A stretch of DNA of 64,000 nucleotides from positions 74,362 to 138,361 of the forward strand of contig DATKRT010000030.1 in NCBI GenBank assembly GCA_035532055.1, written 5' to 3'. Shown here one piece after another: positions 34,462-43,866 of the stretch. The translations under genes and the position numbers were made by a program. Positions within the stretch are counted from its first letter, which is position 1; every line of letters begins with the position of its first letter. A model generated the notes under the pieces. It worked only from the letters and a program-made list of their open reading frames with translations. It did not search any database and was not told where the DNA came from. The DNA comes from Acidobacteriaceae bacterium (GTDB taxonomy: Bacteria > Acidobacteriota > Terriglobia > Terriglobales > Acidobacteriaceae).

Positions 34462-34558
34462 TGTTCTTCTCCCGCCGGCCTGCAAACTGCCTGCTGAATG
34501 GATGCTACGACGCCAAGTACCGGATGGGCGCCATGTACCGGATGTTTGATGGATGGCT

Positions 34559-35266
34559 TCATTGCTGTGCAAGCCCCCTTGAACGGCGAAAGATGCGAAG
34601 GAGCATGGCCTCTGTGAGTTTGCCGGTATTGGTGTTCTGCAATGACGGGTGGTAGCTGGCCAGCAGCGTCAAGCCGTTCGGCAAAGTGTATTCCGCTCCG
34701 TGTGCAAACCGGAACTTACTGGTTGAGGCGATATGGCCTGCACGCAGCAGATGACGAGTGAATCCGTCGAAGGCGATTTTGCCGAGGCATACAGCAACGC
34801 GCAGGCGCTTAAGCGCGGCTACCTCATCATCGAGATAGGGAGCGCAGTTGGCGATCTCGTCCGGCAGCGGTTTGTTTCCCGGAGGTGCGCAGCGGACGAC
34901 GGCGGTGATCCAGAGGTCGCGCAAACGCATGCCGTCGTTGCGGTCGATGGACTCAGGCTGCGATGCAAAGCCGGTTTTATAGAGCACCGGATAGAGGAAG
35001 TTCCCTGATCCGTCGCCGGTAAAGGGACGGCCGGTACGGTTGGAGCCGTGCGCGCCCGGAGCGAGTCCTACAATGAGCAGCGCAGCGTCGGGATCGCCAA
35101 AGGACGGGACGGGACGTCCCCAGTACTCGCAGTCGAAATAGGCGCGCCGCTTTACCGCAGCTACATGCGTGGAATGTTCGCGCAGGCGGACGCACTTTTC
35201 GCATGTCGTGATGCGGGCATTGAGTGCAACCAGCGCGGAGGCCCCCGAGACAATTCGTTTTTGCAT
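34559..35266 (-). CDS. uracil-DNA glycosylase superfamily protein (family 4/5 type)
   Basis: GLAPGAHGSNRTGRPFTGDGSG and SYHPSLQNTNTG motifs, with an N-terminal Cys pair (CEKCVRL). Confidence 0.82.
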   Translation of the reverse strand: MQKRIVSGASALVALNARITTCEKCVRLREHSTHVAAVKRRAYFDCEYWGRPVPSFGDPDAALLIVGLAPGAHGSNRTGRPFTGDGSGNFLYPVLYKTGFASQPESIDRNDGMRLRDLWITAVVRCAPPGNKPLPDEIANCAPYLDDEVAALKRLRVAVCLGKIAFDGFTRHLLRAGHIASTSKFRFAHGAEYTLPNGLTLLASYHPSLQNTNTGKLTEAMLLRIFRRSRGLAQQ

Positions 35267-35531
35267 CTAAATGATTTTATAGAGGAAGAAGGCCGCAAGT
35301 ACGCGCACGAAGGGTAAGGTTCGGCGTAGAATTGGCTCGCCTTTGTTTTACGGCGTTTCCAAGGTGGCTATACCCATTTGAATGTCTTCAGGGTCGTTGC
35401 TCCCGATTGGTCGCAGCGACTTGAAGGTTGTGGCTTCGGGGTGCAGCAACCCTGGAACCGCTATAACGCAAAGGCCCTCCGGTCTTTTCCGGAAATCCTG
35501 CAAGTCGAAAATTCATAAGAGGTAGAAAATT

Positions 35532-36740
35532 ATGTCCTCCCGACCGCAGTACACTCTTATGCTGGCCGCAGCGGTGTTGTTTTCAGTCGCTGGTTGCAAG
35601 CAATCTACGGCACCCAAACCTACTCCAGCGGCGCAAGCTGCCGCGACCGCCCCTGCCGAGATCGGCGGAGCCAAGGTCGTCGAGTTGAAAAGCACTGCGA
35701 CTCCGACCGGAGATAAACCCGAGTTTCTCTCGGCCACGATTCTGCCCGGGCGCGGCATGAACGTCTTCGAGATCACCGCGTACGTTCCCGGTAAGGGAGT
35801 GGTTAAGGTGCTGGCCTCGCCCTCGCTTGCGGAGGCCGCGGACAAGCTGAACGGCGGCCCCGGCGACGAATACGGCAATGCCAGCTTCAGCTTCGGTGGA
35901 GCCTTTCTAGTTCCTTACCCCAACCGCATCCTGGGCACGCTTTCAAAAGACCGCAAAACCCTTACCGCCAAGTGGCATGGCAAGACCGTAACCCTGCCGG
36001 CAAACTGGCCGGGCAAGAATCCGACCGACAGACCGGTGGCCATGCACGGGCTCATCCTGAATGTGAAGGCGCAGGACGTCAAGGTCGCGCCGATTCCCGG
36101 TGGTCAGCAACTGACGGCGACCATCCATGCCGGAGACTTTGGTGGACACTGGTTCTCGGACACCGACCTCAACTTTACCCTGTCGCTGACGGGCAGCGAA
36201 TTCGATGCACAGATCAAGGCCGCAAATGTAGGCAAGAACCCAGAGCCGATTGCGATTGGATGGCATCCATACTTCGCTATTCCCAGTGGACAGCATGCGC
36301 AGGCCCGGCTGCACGTTCCGGCGACGCAGATGGCAAAGGTAAACAACTACGACGAGGATTTCCCGACCGGAAAGATTGTGCCGGTTAAGGGAACACGCTT
36401 CGACTTCAACGCTCCGAACGGAGAGCCGCTGGACGGCCACTACCTGGATGACAACTGGTCAAACCTGAAGCGCACGAACGGGGCTGTGGATGTGCGGTTC
36501 AGCGATCCGGCTGACAACTACGGCGTGCAGATCTCGGGCATTGCGCCGGAGATCAAGACAGTGCAGGTGTACTCGCCGCCGACCGCCAAGTTCGCCGCGG
36601 TTGAAGAGCAGTTCAACTTCAGTGATCCATTCGGCAAGGAGTGGCACGGCATGAACACCGGTATGGTAACGCTCAAGCCGGGCAGCTCCGTTCTGTGGCA
36701 CGTTCACCTGTCCCTCTTTACTCCGCCGTTCAAGAAGTAA
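35532..36740 (+). CDS. aldose 1-epimerase family lipoprotein
   Basis: Lipobox SVAGC. HGL..., IAIGWHPYFAIP and other mutarotase-fold motifs. Confidence 0.7.
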   Translation: MSSRPQYTLMLAAAVLFSVAGCKQSTAPKPTPAAQAAATAPAEIGGAKVVELKSTATPTGDKPEFLSATILPGRGMNVFEITAYVPGKGVVKVLASPSLAEAADKLNGGPGDEYGNASFSFGGAFLVPYPNRILGTLSKDRKTLTAKWHGKTVTLPANWPGKNPTDRPVAMHGLILNVKAQDVKVAPIPGGQQLTATIHAGDFGGHWFSDTDLNFTLSLTGSEFDAQIKAANVGKNPEPIAIGWHPYFAIPSGQHAQARLHVPATQMAKVNNYDEDFPTGKIVPVKGTRFDFNAPNGEPLDGHYLDDNWSNLKRTNGAVDVRFSDPADNYGVQISGIAPEIKTVQVYSPPTAKFAAVEEQFNFSDPFGKEWHGMNTGMVTLKPGSSVLWHVHLSLFTPPFKK

Positions 36741-36756
36741 CGAGAGTCATCCAGAA

Positions 36757-36794
36757 AGAGCACAAGCCCCGGTTTCGGCCGGGGCTTGTGCTCT
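36757..36794. terminator. perfect 16-bp hairpin between convergent genes (bidirectional terminator candidate)
   Basis: AGAGCACAAGCCCCGG-tttcgg-CCGGGGCTTGTGCTCT. On the minus strand it is followed by TTTCTGG. Confidence 0.65.
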
Positions 36795-36809
36795 GGTGTT
36801 GAAGAGCCG

Positions 36810-37841
36810 CTACTGCACCTTGCCCTGCGGCCTGAGCTTGCGAAGCTCCGTCGCTGTCGCAACGGCATTGAGCGCACTGAACTTGAGATTGTCGATTGAG
36901 GCCCAGATCCAAAAACGGCTCGTTTCCTGTGTGCCTCCGTCTGCAGCGCGCACGCGTACCATCACGTCGCTCTGGCCAACGGTGTTCAGGTTATTCGGCA
37001 CGTCGGAGTCGGAGTCACCCATGACAATGTCAATGTGCTCGCCGCTTAAAGTGGCTTCGACATGCTCCAGCGCCACAGACTTTTCGAAGTCAACCGCTAG
37101 CGAGATTCCATGACCATGAAAGACCGGAGCATGCAACAGCTGCACGGGAAGCATCGGCAGCCGTGTTCCCGCCAGCAGCGCATAGTGGCGGCGAATGCGC
37201 GCTTCGCTTGCTCGCAGGTCGACCTTGGCCTCTGCCCCGGTGACGGGCGCGATGTTGAAGGCCACCTGTGTGTCATAGATAACTTTAGGCTGCGTCTGGA
37301 AATTCAGGAGACCCACAGTCTGGTGGTGGAGTTCGTCGAGCGCGGGACTGCCGTACTCAGAGGCCGGTTCAAGTACCGTTGCAGACACGCTCCGCACGGA
37401 TGCCAGTTCCTGTAAACGTGCAAGCAGGAGAGCCAGCGCAACAGAAACCGGATGGGCTGGAATCACCGCGGGTGTGGTGAGATTGAGGCTTTCGACCTCT
37501 TCCAGCCAGGGAGCACCAACCAGAACTCCGGGCTCATTCTCAAGTGCATCCGAGAGGTCGATGATGCTTGCGCCCGCTCTCTGCGCGGCCTGCCAGTATT
37601 TGCTGGTGGCCTCAGGAGAACCGGCAAAGAAGACGAAGTCCACGCCATCAAAGGAGGACGGCTCGACCCGCTGGATGAAGGTAACTTCGTCACCGATGGC
37701 TTCCAGCTGTCCCCGTCGCGACTCGTCATCGAGCAGGGAGAAATCCGCGTTTGCGAAAAGCGATTCGGCCAGCACCTCATTCAGTTCCTTACCCCGAATG
37801 GTTGCTGCGCCAACGATTGCTATTTTGTATGTATCTGTCAT
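36810..37841 (-). CDS. aspartate-semialdehyde dehydrogenase-like protein lacking the catalytic cysteine
   Basis: 343 aa that align along their length to Asd (KIAIVGAATIRG, HAPVFHGHG, WIWASIDNLKFSALNAV). The NCST nucleophile position reads AHPVS, and the whole protein contains no Cys. Confidence 0.8.
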   Translation of the reverse strand: MTDTYKIAIVGAATIRGKELNEVLAESLFANADFSLLDDESRRGQLEAIGDEVTFIQRVEPSSFDGVDFVFFAGSPEATSKYWQAAQRAGASIIDLSDALENEPGVLVGAPWLEEVESLNLTTPAVIPAHPVSVALALLLARLQELASVRSVSATVLEPASEYGSPALDELHHQTVGLLNFQTQPKVIYDTQVAFNIAPVTGAEAKVDLRASEARIRRHYALLAGTRLPMLPVQLLHAPVFHGHGISLAVDFEKSVALEHVEATLSGEHIDIVMGDSDSDVPNNLNTVGQSDVMVRVRAADGGTQETSRFWIWASIDNLKFSALNAVATATELRKLRPQGKVQ

Positions 37842-37843
37842 TC

Positions 37844-38722
37844 TTATGAACTTCCAGCCGTGGTATGGCCAGCATCCTGTGCCGTGGAAGCAGCCACATC
37901 CTGATGCTCCAGGCGGCGATGTCTTCTGCGGGAATAAGCGGCTCGGGCGAGGACTCCTGAGAACATATAGGCCAGCGCTATCAGTAGCAGGACCTCACGC
38001 GAACGGAAAACCAGCAGATAGATCATTAGTCCCATGAGCACGATCCACTGGAAGGGACGGCGGCTGGCCAGGTTGATCTCCTTGCCGCTCCAGAAGCGCC
38101 ACCTGCTCACCATGAGGAAGCCAGTGAAGCCGACCAGCAGCAGCCATAGGATTGCGGTCCACGTATTAAAAGGATGCCCTCCAAAGCCATGCACCACGGC
38201 GGCAATGACCCCTGCGGCGGCAGGAATAGGCATGCCGACAAAGTACTTGCGATCCGGCCTGCCGGGATTCTTGGGAACCGGGTTCGTGCTGATGTTGAAG
38301 CGCGCCAGACGGCTGGCTCCGCAGATGAGAAACAGGAAGCAAACAAAGCTTCCCAGTTGCACCAACTGTTGGCGAAGAATCGGATTCATGCTCATCGGCA
38401 GCATGCGGAATCCCCAACTGAAGGCCAGGATGCTGGGCGCGACGCCGAAGGTGATGACATCGGCCAGCGAATCCAGCTCCTTGCCGAACTCGCTGGTGGT
38501 GTTTGTCATGCGTGCGATGCGCCCGTCGAGCGCGTCGAAAGGAATGGCGAAGCCGATGGCCAGTGCCGCGTAGTCGAAGTGGTGCGGCTCCAGGATGGAC
38601 CCCTGCAGACTTTGCGTAATAGCAAAGTATCCTGCGGCGATGTTGCCGGCAGTAAACAGAGACGGGAGGATATACATTCCCCTGCGCTGCTTTTGTCTGC
38701 GAGTGTGTCCGGAGTTATTCAA
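37844..38722 (-). CDS. pssA: CDP-diacylglycerol--serine O-phosphatidyltransferase
   Basis: [28 protein letters not shown] is the CDP-alcohol phosphatidyltransferase motif. Multi-TM protein. Confidence 0.92.
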   Translation of the reverse strand: MNNSGHTRRQKQRRGMYILPSLFTAGNIAAGYFAITQSLQGSILEPHHFDYAALAIGFAIPFDALDGRIARMTNTTSEFGKELDSLADVITFGVAPSILAFSWGFRMLPMSMNPILRQQLVQLGSFVCFLFLICGASRLARFNISTNPVPKNPGRPDRKYFVGMPIPAAAGVIAAVVHGFGGHPFNTWTAILWLLLVGFTGFLMVSRWRFWSGKEINLASRRPFQWIVLMGLMIYLLVFRSREVLLLIALAYMFSGVLARAAYSRRRHRRLEHQDVAASTAQDAGHTTAGSS

Positions 38723-39387
38723 GCTACTGGCTCCGCTAAAGCTTCTTCGAGTTCAGGGATAGCAGCCGGGTTCGGCATGGTCGCAAGGATCGAGGATCCG
38801 CCCTGGACGTGATCGCCCTTCTTTACCTGCAACTCGGCGCTGCCTGGCAGCAATACGTCCACGCGGGAGCCGAATTTAATAAGCCCAATGCGCTGGCCGC
38901 GTTCCAGGTGGTCGCCCGGCTTAGGACGAAATACGATGCGCCGCGCCAGCAGGCCGGCAATTTGGGTAAAAGCGACCGTGTAGCCCGCGTCGGCCTCAAC
39001 CACCGCCTTGTTCTGTTCGTTTTTCTCAGCAGAGACGGGGTTCATTGCGTTGAGATACAAGCCCTTCTTGTAGATGACGTCGCGCAGCGTTCCTGTGACA
39101 GGTGAACGGTTGACGTGCACGTTGAACACACTCAGGAAGATGCTGAGGCGCAGAAATTCTCCATCCGGAGTGGTAATGCGGAGAACCTCCGTCACTTTCC
39201 CGTCTGCCGGGGAAACGATCAGGCCTTTTCCCTGTGGGATGGCGCGTTTGGGGTCCCGGAAGAACCACAGAAAGAACAGCGCCAGCAGAATAGGAACGAC
39301 GGCCCAAGCCCATCCGCCGGTAAAGAAGCGCAGCAGCCCGGATACCAGAAACAGAGCAATGCCGTAGAAATATCCGTCACGTACCAT
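38719..39387 (-). CDS. psd: phosphatidylserine decarboxylase proenzyme (short form)
   Basis: 222 aa with an N-terminal [15 protein letters not shown] and the [13 protein letters not shown] self-cleavage region. Overlaps the pssA start by 4 bp. Confidence 0.9.
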   Translation of the reverse strand: MVRDGYFYGIALFLVSGLLRFFTGGWAWAVVPILLALFFLWFFRDPKRAIPQGKGLIVSPADGKVTEVLRITTPDGEFLRLSIFLSVFNVHVNRSPVTGTLRDVIYKKGLYLNAMNPVSAEKNEQNKAVVEADAGYTVAFTQIAGLLARRIVFRPKPGDHLERGQRIGLIKFGSRVDVLLPGSAELQVKKGDHVQGGSSILATMPNPAAIPELEEALAEPVA

Positions 39388-39514
39388 TCAGGATGTAATC
39401 AACCTCGTCGTTCCATTATAGGTTGAACCCCCTTCCAGATAGACAGAGGCCCCATAAGCAGCTGGTGGGATTCAAGTTGCTCGCCAAAAGACAGATTGTG
39501 GGGCAGCGCAGCCG

Positions 39515-39730
39515 TTAAACAGCCAGGCTGTGTAAGTGCCCGCTTTGCCGGGCGGTCATCATGTCTTTTACGTGGAGCTTGAGTTTTTTCAGGCGGACTT
39601 CCTCAAGCTGTTCCTCGGCGGAAAGGTAGGGTTTGTGGGTGAGTGCCTCTAACTGCTCCGAATAGTGACGGTGTTGCGTTTGCAACTGCTCCAGTTCACT
39701 ATCCGGAAGGTTCTTCGCTTCGAACTCCAT
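39515..39730 (-). CDS. DUF465 (YdcH-like) small coiled-coil protein
   Basis: MEFEAKNLPDSELEQLQTQHRHYSEQLEALTHKPYLSAEEQLEEVRLKKLKLHVKD from the internal ATG 39730. Confidence 0.62.
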   Translation of the reverse strand: MEFEAKNLPDSELEQLQTQHRHYSEQLEALTHKPYLSAEEQLEEVRLKKLKLHVKDMMTARQSGHLHSLAV

Positions 39731-39823
39731 GGGCGAATCCTCCTCTTTTCTGAGACGTACCAAAGTAGCACCGTGGAAGCCTGTCTTCAATCGGATTTCG
39801 CAGAAATTTTTTCCACCTCGATA

Positions 39824-40288
39824 CTACCTGTCCGGTATCGGCACCAAAGCCCGGCCCATAAGCACTGCGTCCTCTTCAGGGTCACGATAATAGGCGCGGC
39901 GGAGGCCTTCCTGGGTGAATCCAGATTTGCAGTAAAAGTCAATTGCTCTGGTATTTCCGCTGCGAACCTCAAGCTGAACACGAACTGCATTGTTGCTGGA
40001 TGCCCAGTCGAAAAGGGTATGCAGCAGGGCCCGTCCCACACCGCATCTGCGAGTTGTGATGTCAACCACAATGGACTCCAACTCGCACACATCGAAGATA
40101 ATTTGGGCAGCGATAAAACCAAGCAGGCGTTCGCCCTCTTCGACGATAAAAATGTGCTTGTGGTGGGGTTCGGCAGAAAGAATGCGCTCATAGACCGCCC
40201 TGGCCCAATGGGGAGCCTCAGGAACGGCATTTCCCAGTCGCAGCACCGCTTCCAGGTCCAGCGGGTTCATGGTGCGGACTTGAACCAA
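39824..40288 (-). CDS. rimI: ribosomal-protein-alanine N-acetyltransferase (GNAT)
   Basis: GNAT motif A (ITTRRCGVGRALL) and position immediately after tsaB. The start is either TTG 40288 or ATG 40270. Confidence 0.82.
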   Translation of the reverse strand: MVQVRTMNPLDLEAVLRLGNAVPEAPHWARAVYERILSAEPHHKHIFIVEEGERLLGFIAAQIIFDVCELESIVVDITTRRCGVGRALLHTLFDWASSNNAVRVQLEVRSGNTRAIDFYCKSGFTQEGLRRAYYRDPEEDAVLMGRALVPIPDR

Positions 40289-40915
40289 TCAGACCTTCCC
40301 TGCCGCCTTGGCGAAGATTTCGGCGTCGGAGCGGCGTACGTAGTTCGCATCCAGCGTTTCCGTGTCGGCAAAGTTGTGCGCGAGCAGGCCGGGCGCGGCA
40401 TAACGCAGGGCGTCGTCTGCCGTGGGAGGCTGGACGAAGGAAGCATCCGCGAACACTCGCTGGGCACTGGCCTCGCAAACGGCGACGGCCTCTGTGCTGG
40501 TCAAGAGCAAATCCTTTGCGCCGAGCAGGTACTCGTGATCGCCAGTACGGAAGTAAAACTCACCGCGACCGGCGTCGAGGGCGGCGCGTGACGACTCAGC
40601 CTTCCACGCCAGAACCGCCAGCCGCGAGACTGCGAGCAGCGGGATACCCAAGGCCTCGGCCAGACCCTTTGCGGAGCTTACGCCGATGCGGATTCCTGTA
40701 AAACTTCCGGGGCCATTGACGACAACGATGGCGTTCAGGTCGGTGGTCTCGATTCCCTGCTCGCTGAGCATGGTCCGGAGAACCGGGACGATCTGGGCGG
40801 AATAGGTTTTCCCCGCCAGCTCCGCTTGGGCCAGAACGTCGGCAGTGTCAGGCGCAACGCGTCCCAGAGCAAGGGAACCGCTCGTTCCGCAAGTGTCGAT
40901 GGCGAGAACCATCAT
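40289..40915 (-). CDS. tsaB: tRNA t6A biosynthesis protein TsaB
   Basis: MMVLAIDTCGTSGSLALGRV...NGPGSFTGIRIGVSSAKGLA. Its ATG 40915 overlaps the upstream TGA (ATGA). Confidence 0.88.
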   Translation of the reverse strand: MMVLAIDTCGTSGSLALGRVAPDTADVLAQAELAGKTYSAQIVPVLRTMLSEQGIETTDLNAIVVVNGPGSFTGIRIGVSSAKGLAEALGIPLLAVSRLAVLAWKAESSRAALDAGRGEFYFRTGDHEYLLGAKDLLLTSTEAVAVCEASAQRVFADASFVQPPTADDALRYAAPGLLAHNFADTETLDANYVRRSDAEIFAKAAGKV

Positions 40916-42315
40916 TGGGCCGGCTCCTGTGGGGCATCCTGGCAAATCTCCAGCAGCACGCCGCCCGTGCTTGACGGATGCACGAAGAAGTAAAGATGCC
41001 CTCCTGCCCCGACCTGAACCTGGTCTGAGATGAGGCGCGCGCCGTTCGCTTTAAGCCCGGCCAGAGTTGCGGCTATGTCTTCCACGTGCAGCGCTACGTG
41101 ATGCAGGCCGGGGCCGCGCTTTTTGAGGAAGCGACCTACCGCAGAATCCTCCTGCAACGGCTCCAGAAGCTCAATGCGGCTGTCGCCGATGGGAATCATG
41201 GCGGTGCGGACCTGCTCGTGCGCCACGGTCTCTTCGTGGGTCACGCGCAGTCCGAGAGCCTCATAGAAGCCGCAGGCTGCCGCGATGCTTTCCACGGCAA
41301 TGCCCAGATGATCGATCCTAGTCACACCATTCCTCCGAGCCCACAACGCTCCTCCGCGTGCGCTGAAGATGCGCTGCACCAATACCGGTACGAGCTTATA
41401 TGGGTCTTCAGCACCGGCGGCTGCCTGTTCTGCGTGTTGGGCCAGTTCCGCTTGGCTGAGGCCGTGCGCGCGCGCTTCCTTCAAAAGCGCCTGCCGCAGC
41501 ATGCCTTCGATCCGTTCCCGCCAGTAAGTTTGGCGCCGGGCCTGCAGGCGGTTGTCCGTTGCAAGCCAGTCCCATCGCTGCTGGATGACGGCGTGCAGCG
41601 CGTCCATGCCTTCGCCCGTGGTGCCGATGGTTTTTACTGCCGGGGCGATCCAGTCTTCCGGCGTATGGACCGCGGCGAGCGACTGCATGGCGCGAATCTC
41701 CTTCTCAACGCGGTCTGCGCCATCCCGGTCGGCCTTGTTGATGGCGAAGATATCGGCGATTTCCATAATGCCGGCCTTCAGGCTCTGCACGTCGTCGCCC
41801 ATGCCCGGAACCAGGACAACCACCGTTACATCGGCCAGCCGGACGATCTCGACCTCGTCCTGACCAACGCCAACGGTCTCGATCAGGATTACATCGCGCC
41901 CACTGGCTTCGATGACCTGCGCCACATCGGCTGTGGTTCCGGCCAGCCCGCCAAGCGAGCCACGTGTGGCCATGCTGCGGACGTACAGGCCGTCGTCGCC
42001 CGTGCGCTCCTGCATACGAATGCGGTCGCCAAGAAGCGCGCCTCCGGTGTACGGGCTGGAAGGATCGACGGCGATCACCCCAACGCGGCTGCCTGCATCG
42101 CGCCATGTGCGCGCCAGGCGGTCGACCAGCGTGCTTTTGCCGGCTCCGGGCGCGCCGGTAATGCCCACACGAAGCGCCTTGCCGGTGTAGGGAAAACAGG
42201 CGGAGAGCAGGGCGGCTGCTTCGGGAGCAGCATTTTCCACCAGAGACACGGCGCGGGCGAGGGCCCGGACGTCTCCGGCGCGCATACGATCTACCAGTTC
42301 CTGAACGTGCGTCAT
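40912..42315 (-). CDS. fusion protein: MeaB/ArgK-type G3E GTPase plus methylmalonyl-CoA epimerase (VOC fold)
   Basis: The N-terminal roughly 320 aa carry VGITGAPGAGKSTLVDRL, ETVGVGQ and INKAD. The C-terminal roughly 135 aa read IDHLGIAVESIAAACGFYEALGL...RIELLEPLQEDSAVGRFLKKRGPGLHHVALHVEDI...GGVLLEICQ. Confidence 0.88.
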   Translation of the reverse strand: MTHVQELVDRMRAGDVRALARAVSLVENAAPEAAALLSACFPYTGKALRVGITGAPGAGKSTLVDRLARTWRDAGSRVGVIAVDPSSPYTGGALLGDRIRMQERTGDDGLYVRSMATRGSLGGLAGTTADVAQVIEASGRDVILIETVGVGQDEVEIVRLADVTVVVLVPGMGDDVQSLKAGIMEIADIFAINKADRDGADRVEKEIRAMQSLAAVHTPEDWIAPAVKTIGTTGEGMDALHAVIQQRWDWLATDNRLQARRQTYWRERIEGMLRQALLKEARAHGLSQAELAQHAEQAAAGAEDPYKLVPVLVQRIFSARGGALWARRNGVTRIDHLGIAVESIAAACGFYEALGLRVTHEETVAHEQVRTAMIPIGDSRIELLEPLQEDSAVGRFLKKRGPGLHHVALHVEDIAATLAGLKANGARLISDQVQVGAGGHLYFFVHPSSTGGVLLEICQDAPQEPAQ

Positions 42316-42471
42316 TCGGATTTGATCATAAATAAAACGGCCCTCTGCTGTTCGAAGGCGAAGGCCGCCGTCACAGAACTCGGATACCGCGACCAGCGGG
42401 AGCGGTTACTGTCGCTGCTTTCGGAATGGCGGCGAAGCCGCGTGAGCCGGTGACGGCGAATCACCCCCGAG

Positions 42472-43668
42472 TCACCCCCGGGAGGGATGCACCTTGAGGA
42501 TTTCGCGGGCAATGACCATGCGCTGAATCTCGCTGGTGCCCTCGCCAATGGTACACAGCTTGACGTCGCGGTAGAACTTTTCCGCCGGGTAGTCCTTGAT
42601 GAAGCCGTACCCTCCGTGGAGCTGCACGGCTTCGTCGCAGATGCGTACGGCAACCTCGCTGGCGTAGAGCTTGGCCATGCTGGATTCGCGGGTGACGCGC
42701 TGCCCTGCGTCCTTGAGAACCGCCGCGCGCTGGGTGAGCAGACGGGCGGCATCGAGTTCGGTGGCCATGTCGGCGAGCTTCCATTGGATGCCCTGAAATT
42801 CAGCGATGGCCTTGCCGAACTGGCGGCGTTCCTTGACGTACTTGAGAGACGCATCGAGCGCGCCGCGGCCAATGCCCAGCGACAGCGCCGCAATCGAGAT
42901 ACGGCCGCCGTCGAGGACGCGCATGGAGTCAACGAAGCCTTCGCCAAGGTTGCCAAGGAGGTTTTCGCCGGGTATTTCGCAGTCCTCGAAGATGAGCTCC
43001 GATGTGTCGCTGGCGCGCAGACCCAGCTTGTTCTCCTTCTTGCCGGGGCGGAAGCCGGGAGTTCCCTTCTCCACGATGAAAGCGGAGAGGCCATGTGTGC
43101 CTTGCGTACGGTCGGTAACCGCGATGACCACGGCGACATCGGCATAGTGTGCGTTGGTGATGAAGGTCTTGTTGCCGTTGAGAACCCAGGAGTCGCCCTT
43201 GCGCACGGCGGTCGTGCGGGCTGCGGAGGCATCGGAGCCAGAGTCAGGTTCCGTGAGGCCCCAGGCGCCCAGCCACTCGCCGGCGGCGAGCTTAGGGACA
43301 TACTTGCGGCGCTGCTCCTCGTTTCCGGCCAGAAAAATGTGATTGGTACAAAGCGAATTGTGCGCGGCCACGATGATACCGATGGAGCCATCCACCGCCG
43401 AGAGCTCTTCGATAGCCAGCGCGTAGTCCACATAACCCAGGCCAGAGCCGCCGTATTCCATCGGAAAAATGATTCCCATCAGTCCCATCTGGCCGAGCTG
43501 CCGAACCACGTCGGCTGGAAATTCGCTGGCCTCGTCCCAGCGCATGACATTGGGGGCGATCTCGCGAGCGGCAAAGTCGTGAATTTCGCGGCGTAGCTGT
43601 TCCTGGTCTTCGGTCAGCGTAAAAGGGTAGGTCGATAAAGTGTTCGGTTCCGTAGTCGATGAAGCCAT
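42472..43668 (-). CDS. acyl-CoA dehydrogenase
   Basis: 398 aa. [11 protein letters not shown], the ITNAHYAD region and [18 protein letters not shown] at the C-terminus. Confidence 0.93.
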   Translation of the reverse strand: MASSTTEPNTLSTYPFTLTEDQEQLRREIHDFAAREIAPNVMRWDEASEFPADVVRQLGQMGLMGIIFPMEYGGSGLGYVDYALAIEELSAVDGSIGIIVAAHNSLCTNHIFLAGNEEQRRKYVPKLAAGEWLGAWGLTEPDSGSDASAARTTAVRKGDSWVLNGNKTFITNAHYADVAVVIAVTDRTQGTHGLSAFIVEKGTPGFRPGKKENKLGLRASDTSELIFEDCEIPGENLLGNLGEGFVDSMRVLDGGRISIAALSLGIGRGALDASLKYVKERRQFGKAIAEFQGIQWKLADMATELDAARLLTQRAAVLKDAGQRVTRESSMAKLYASEVAVRICDEAVQLHGGYGFIKDYPAEKFYRDVKLCTIGEGTSEIQRMVIAREILKVHPSRG

Positions 43669-43685
43669 AGGATTACTCCAGCAAA

Positions 43686-43717
43686 GTGTGACTCACAAAA
43701 ACCTGTGATCGTATCAC
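43686..43717. promoter_or_regulatory. cluster of four TGTGA/TCACA half-sites immediately upstream of the acyl-CoA dehydrogenase gene
   Basis: GTGTGA-C-TCACA-aaaacc-TGTGAT-cgt-ATCAC read directly, 18-49 bp upstream of the ATG at 43668 (operator-like). Confidence 0.35.
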
Positions 43718-43866
43718 TTTTTACTTGGACTTGTCGCGGAATGACCGAGGCCCACCCCATCTCGACTTGCGCAGGGGGCAAGAGGACTCGCAGGGTTATT
43801 CGGTTGGGGCGGCCGGATTTTTAGAGGAAAGCCGGAACCAGGCGGCTGGAATGCAGGATGAGCAAC

